Source: Phoronis australis (lineage: Eukaryota > Animalia > Phoronida). Taken from it: DNA of 64,000 nt. How positions within the stretch are numbered: position 1 is the stretch's first letter; each line of letters opens with the position of its first letter. A model generated the notes under the pieces. It was given only the letters and a program-made list of their open reading frames with translations. It was not told the DNA's origin and made no database searches. The stretch spans positions 572,122 to 636,121 of the forward strand of contig NMRA01000231.1 of the NCBI GenBank assembly GCA_002633005.1. Direction: 5' to 3'. The position numbers were made by a program, and so were the translations under genes. Shown piece by piece: positions 63,501 to 64,000 of the stretch.

Positions 63501-64000
63501 ATCCCAAAGCTCGACGCACCATCATTGGGTCATTGATATAAGTTGCTTCCGCGCAACTGGAACTGAATATGTACCCCTAATTCCCCATTACTGTTCATGT
63601 TGGACATTCTCCCTTCGTAAACATTTTTTCACAACTTAGAATTCTCTTTATTCAATGTAGGAGTGCCGTTTCACCATTGACTTTTTATTTCATTGATTGC
63701 CAACTCTGTCTATTCGGCTCAGTGGATAAATTTTGTGATCTTTAGTTACCAATATTCACTAGCAGCACCTCGTGTGATGGCAAATTTTACTTTATTTAAG
63801 TACGCCGTCTGTTGTCTGAGGTGTGTTCAATTGCACATTGGAGTAGTGTCGCCTCCTTAAGAAAAGCACGTAAAGCAGTGTTAAAGTAATTGGCAACCTA
63901 TGTACTTGAAGTCAATGCATGCACAACGAAATGACCATGGTAACTGTGGAGGCATGTGTGGTTGATGTATTACTAACTATTGAACATTAATATGCTAGTA

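Overview
AT-rich eukaryotic (animal, probably marine invertebrate; inferred from the transposon repertoire and GT-AG introns) genomic DNA dominated by nested, mostly decayed transposable elements: several Kolobok families (TTAA target duplications, THAP transposase facing a KolX/P2X7-ballast-like gene), PIF/Harbinger, Academ-like, hAT-like and other MITEs, L1/Tx1, L2/CR1-group and RNase H-bearing LINEs, DIRS/Ngaro and Gypsy remnants. Threaded through this debris on the minus strand is a multi-exon gene that the ORF track shows only in pieces: a signal-peptide exon at 49905-49959 followed by at least five phase-compatible exons down to 868, encoding three divergent Ig-like domains (L1/neuroglian/contactin/hemolin-like arrangement); it continues beyond the left edge of the window. 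A decayed NACHT-like sequence lies antisense in one of its introns. Assembly gap at 30425-30450 and single Ns at 60559 and 62113. All family assignments come from motif recognition by eye, not from database searches.
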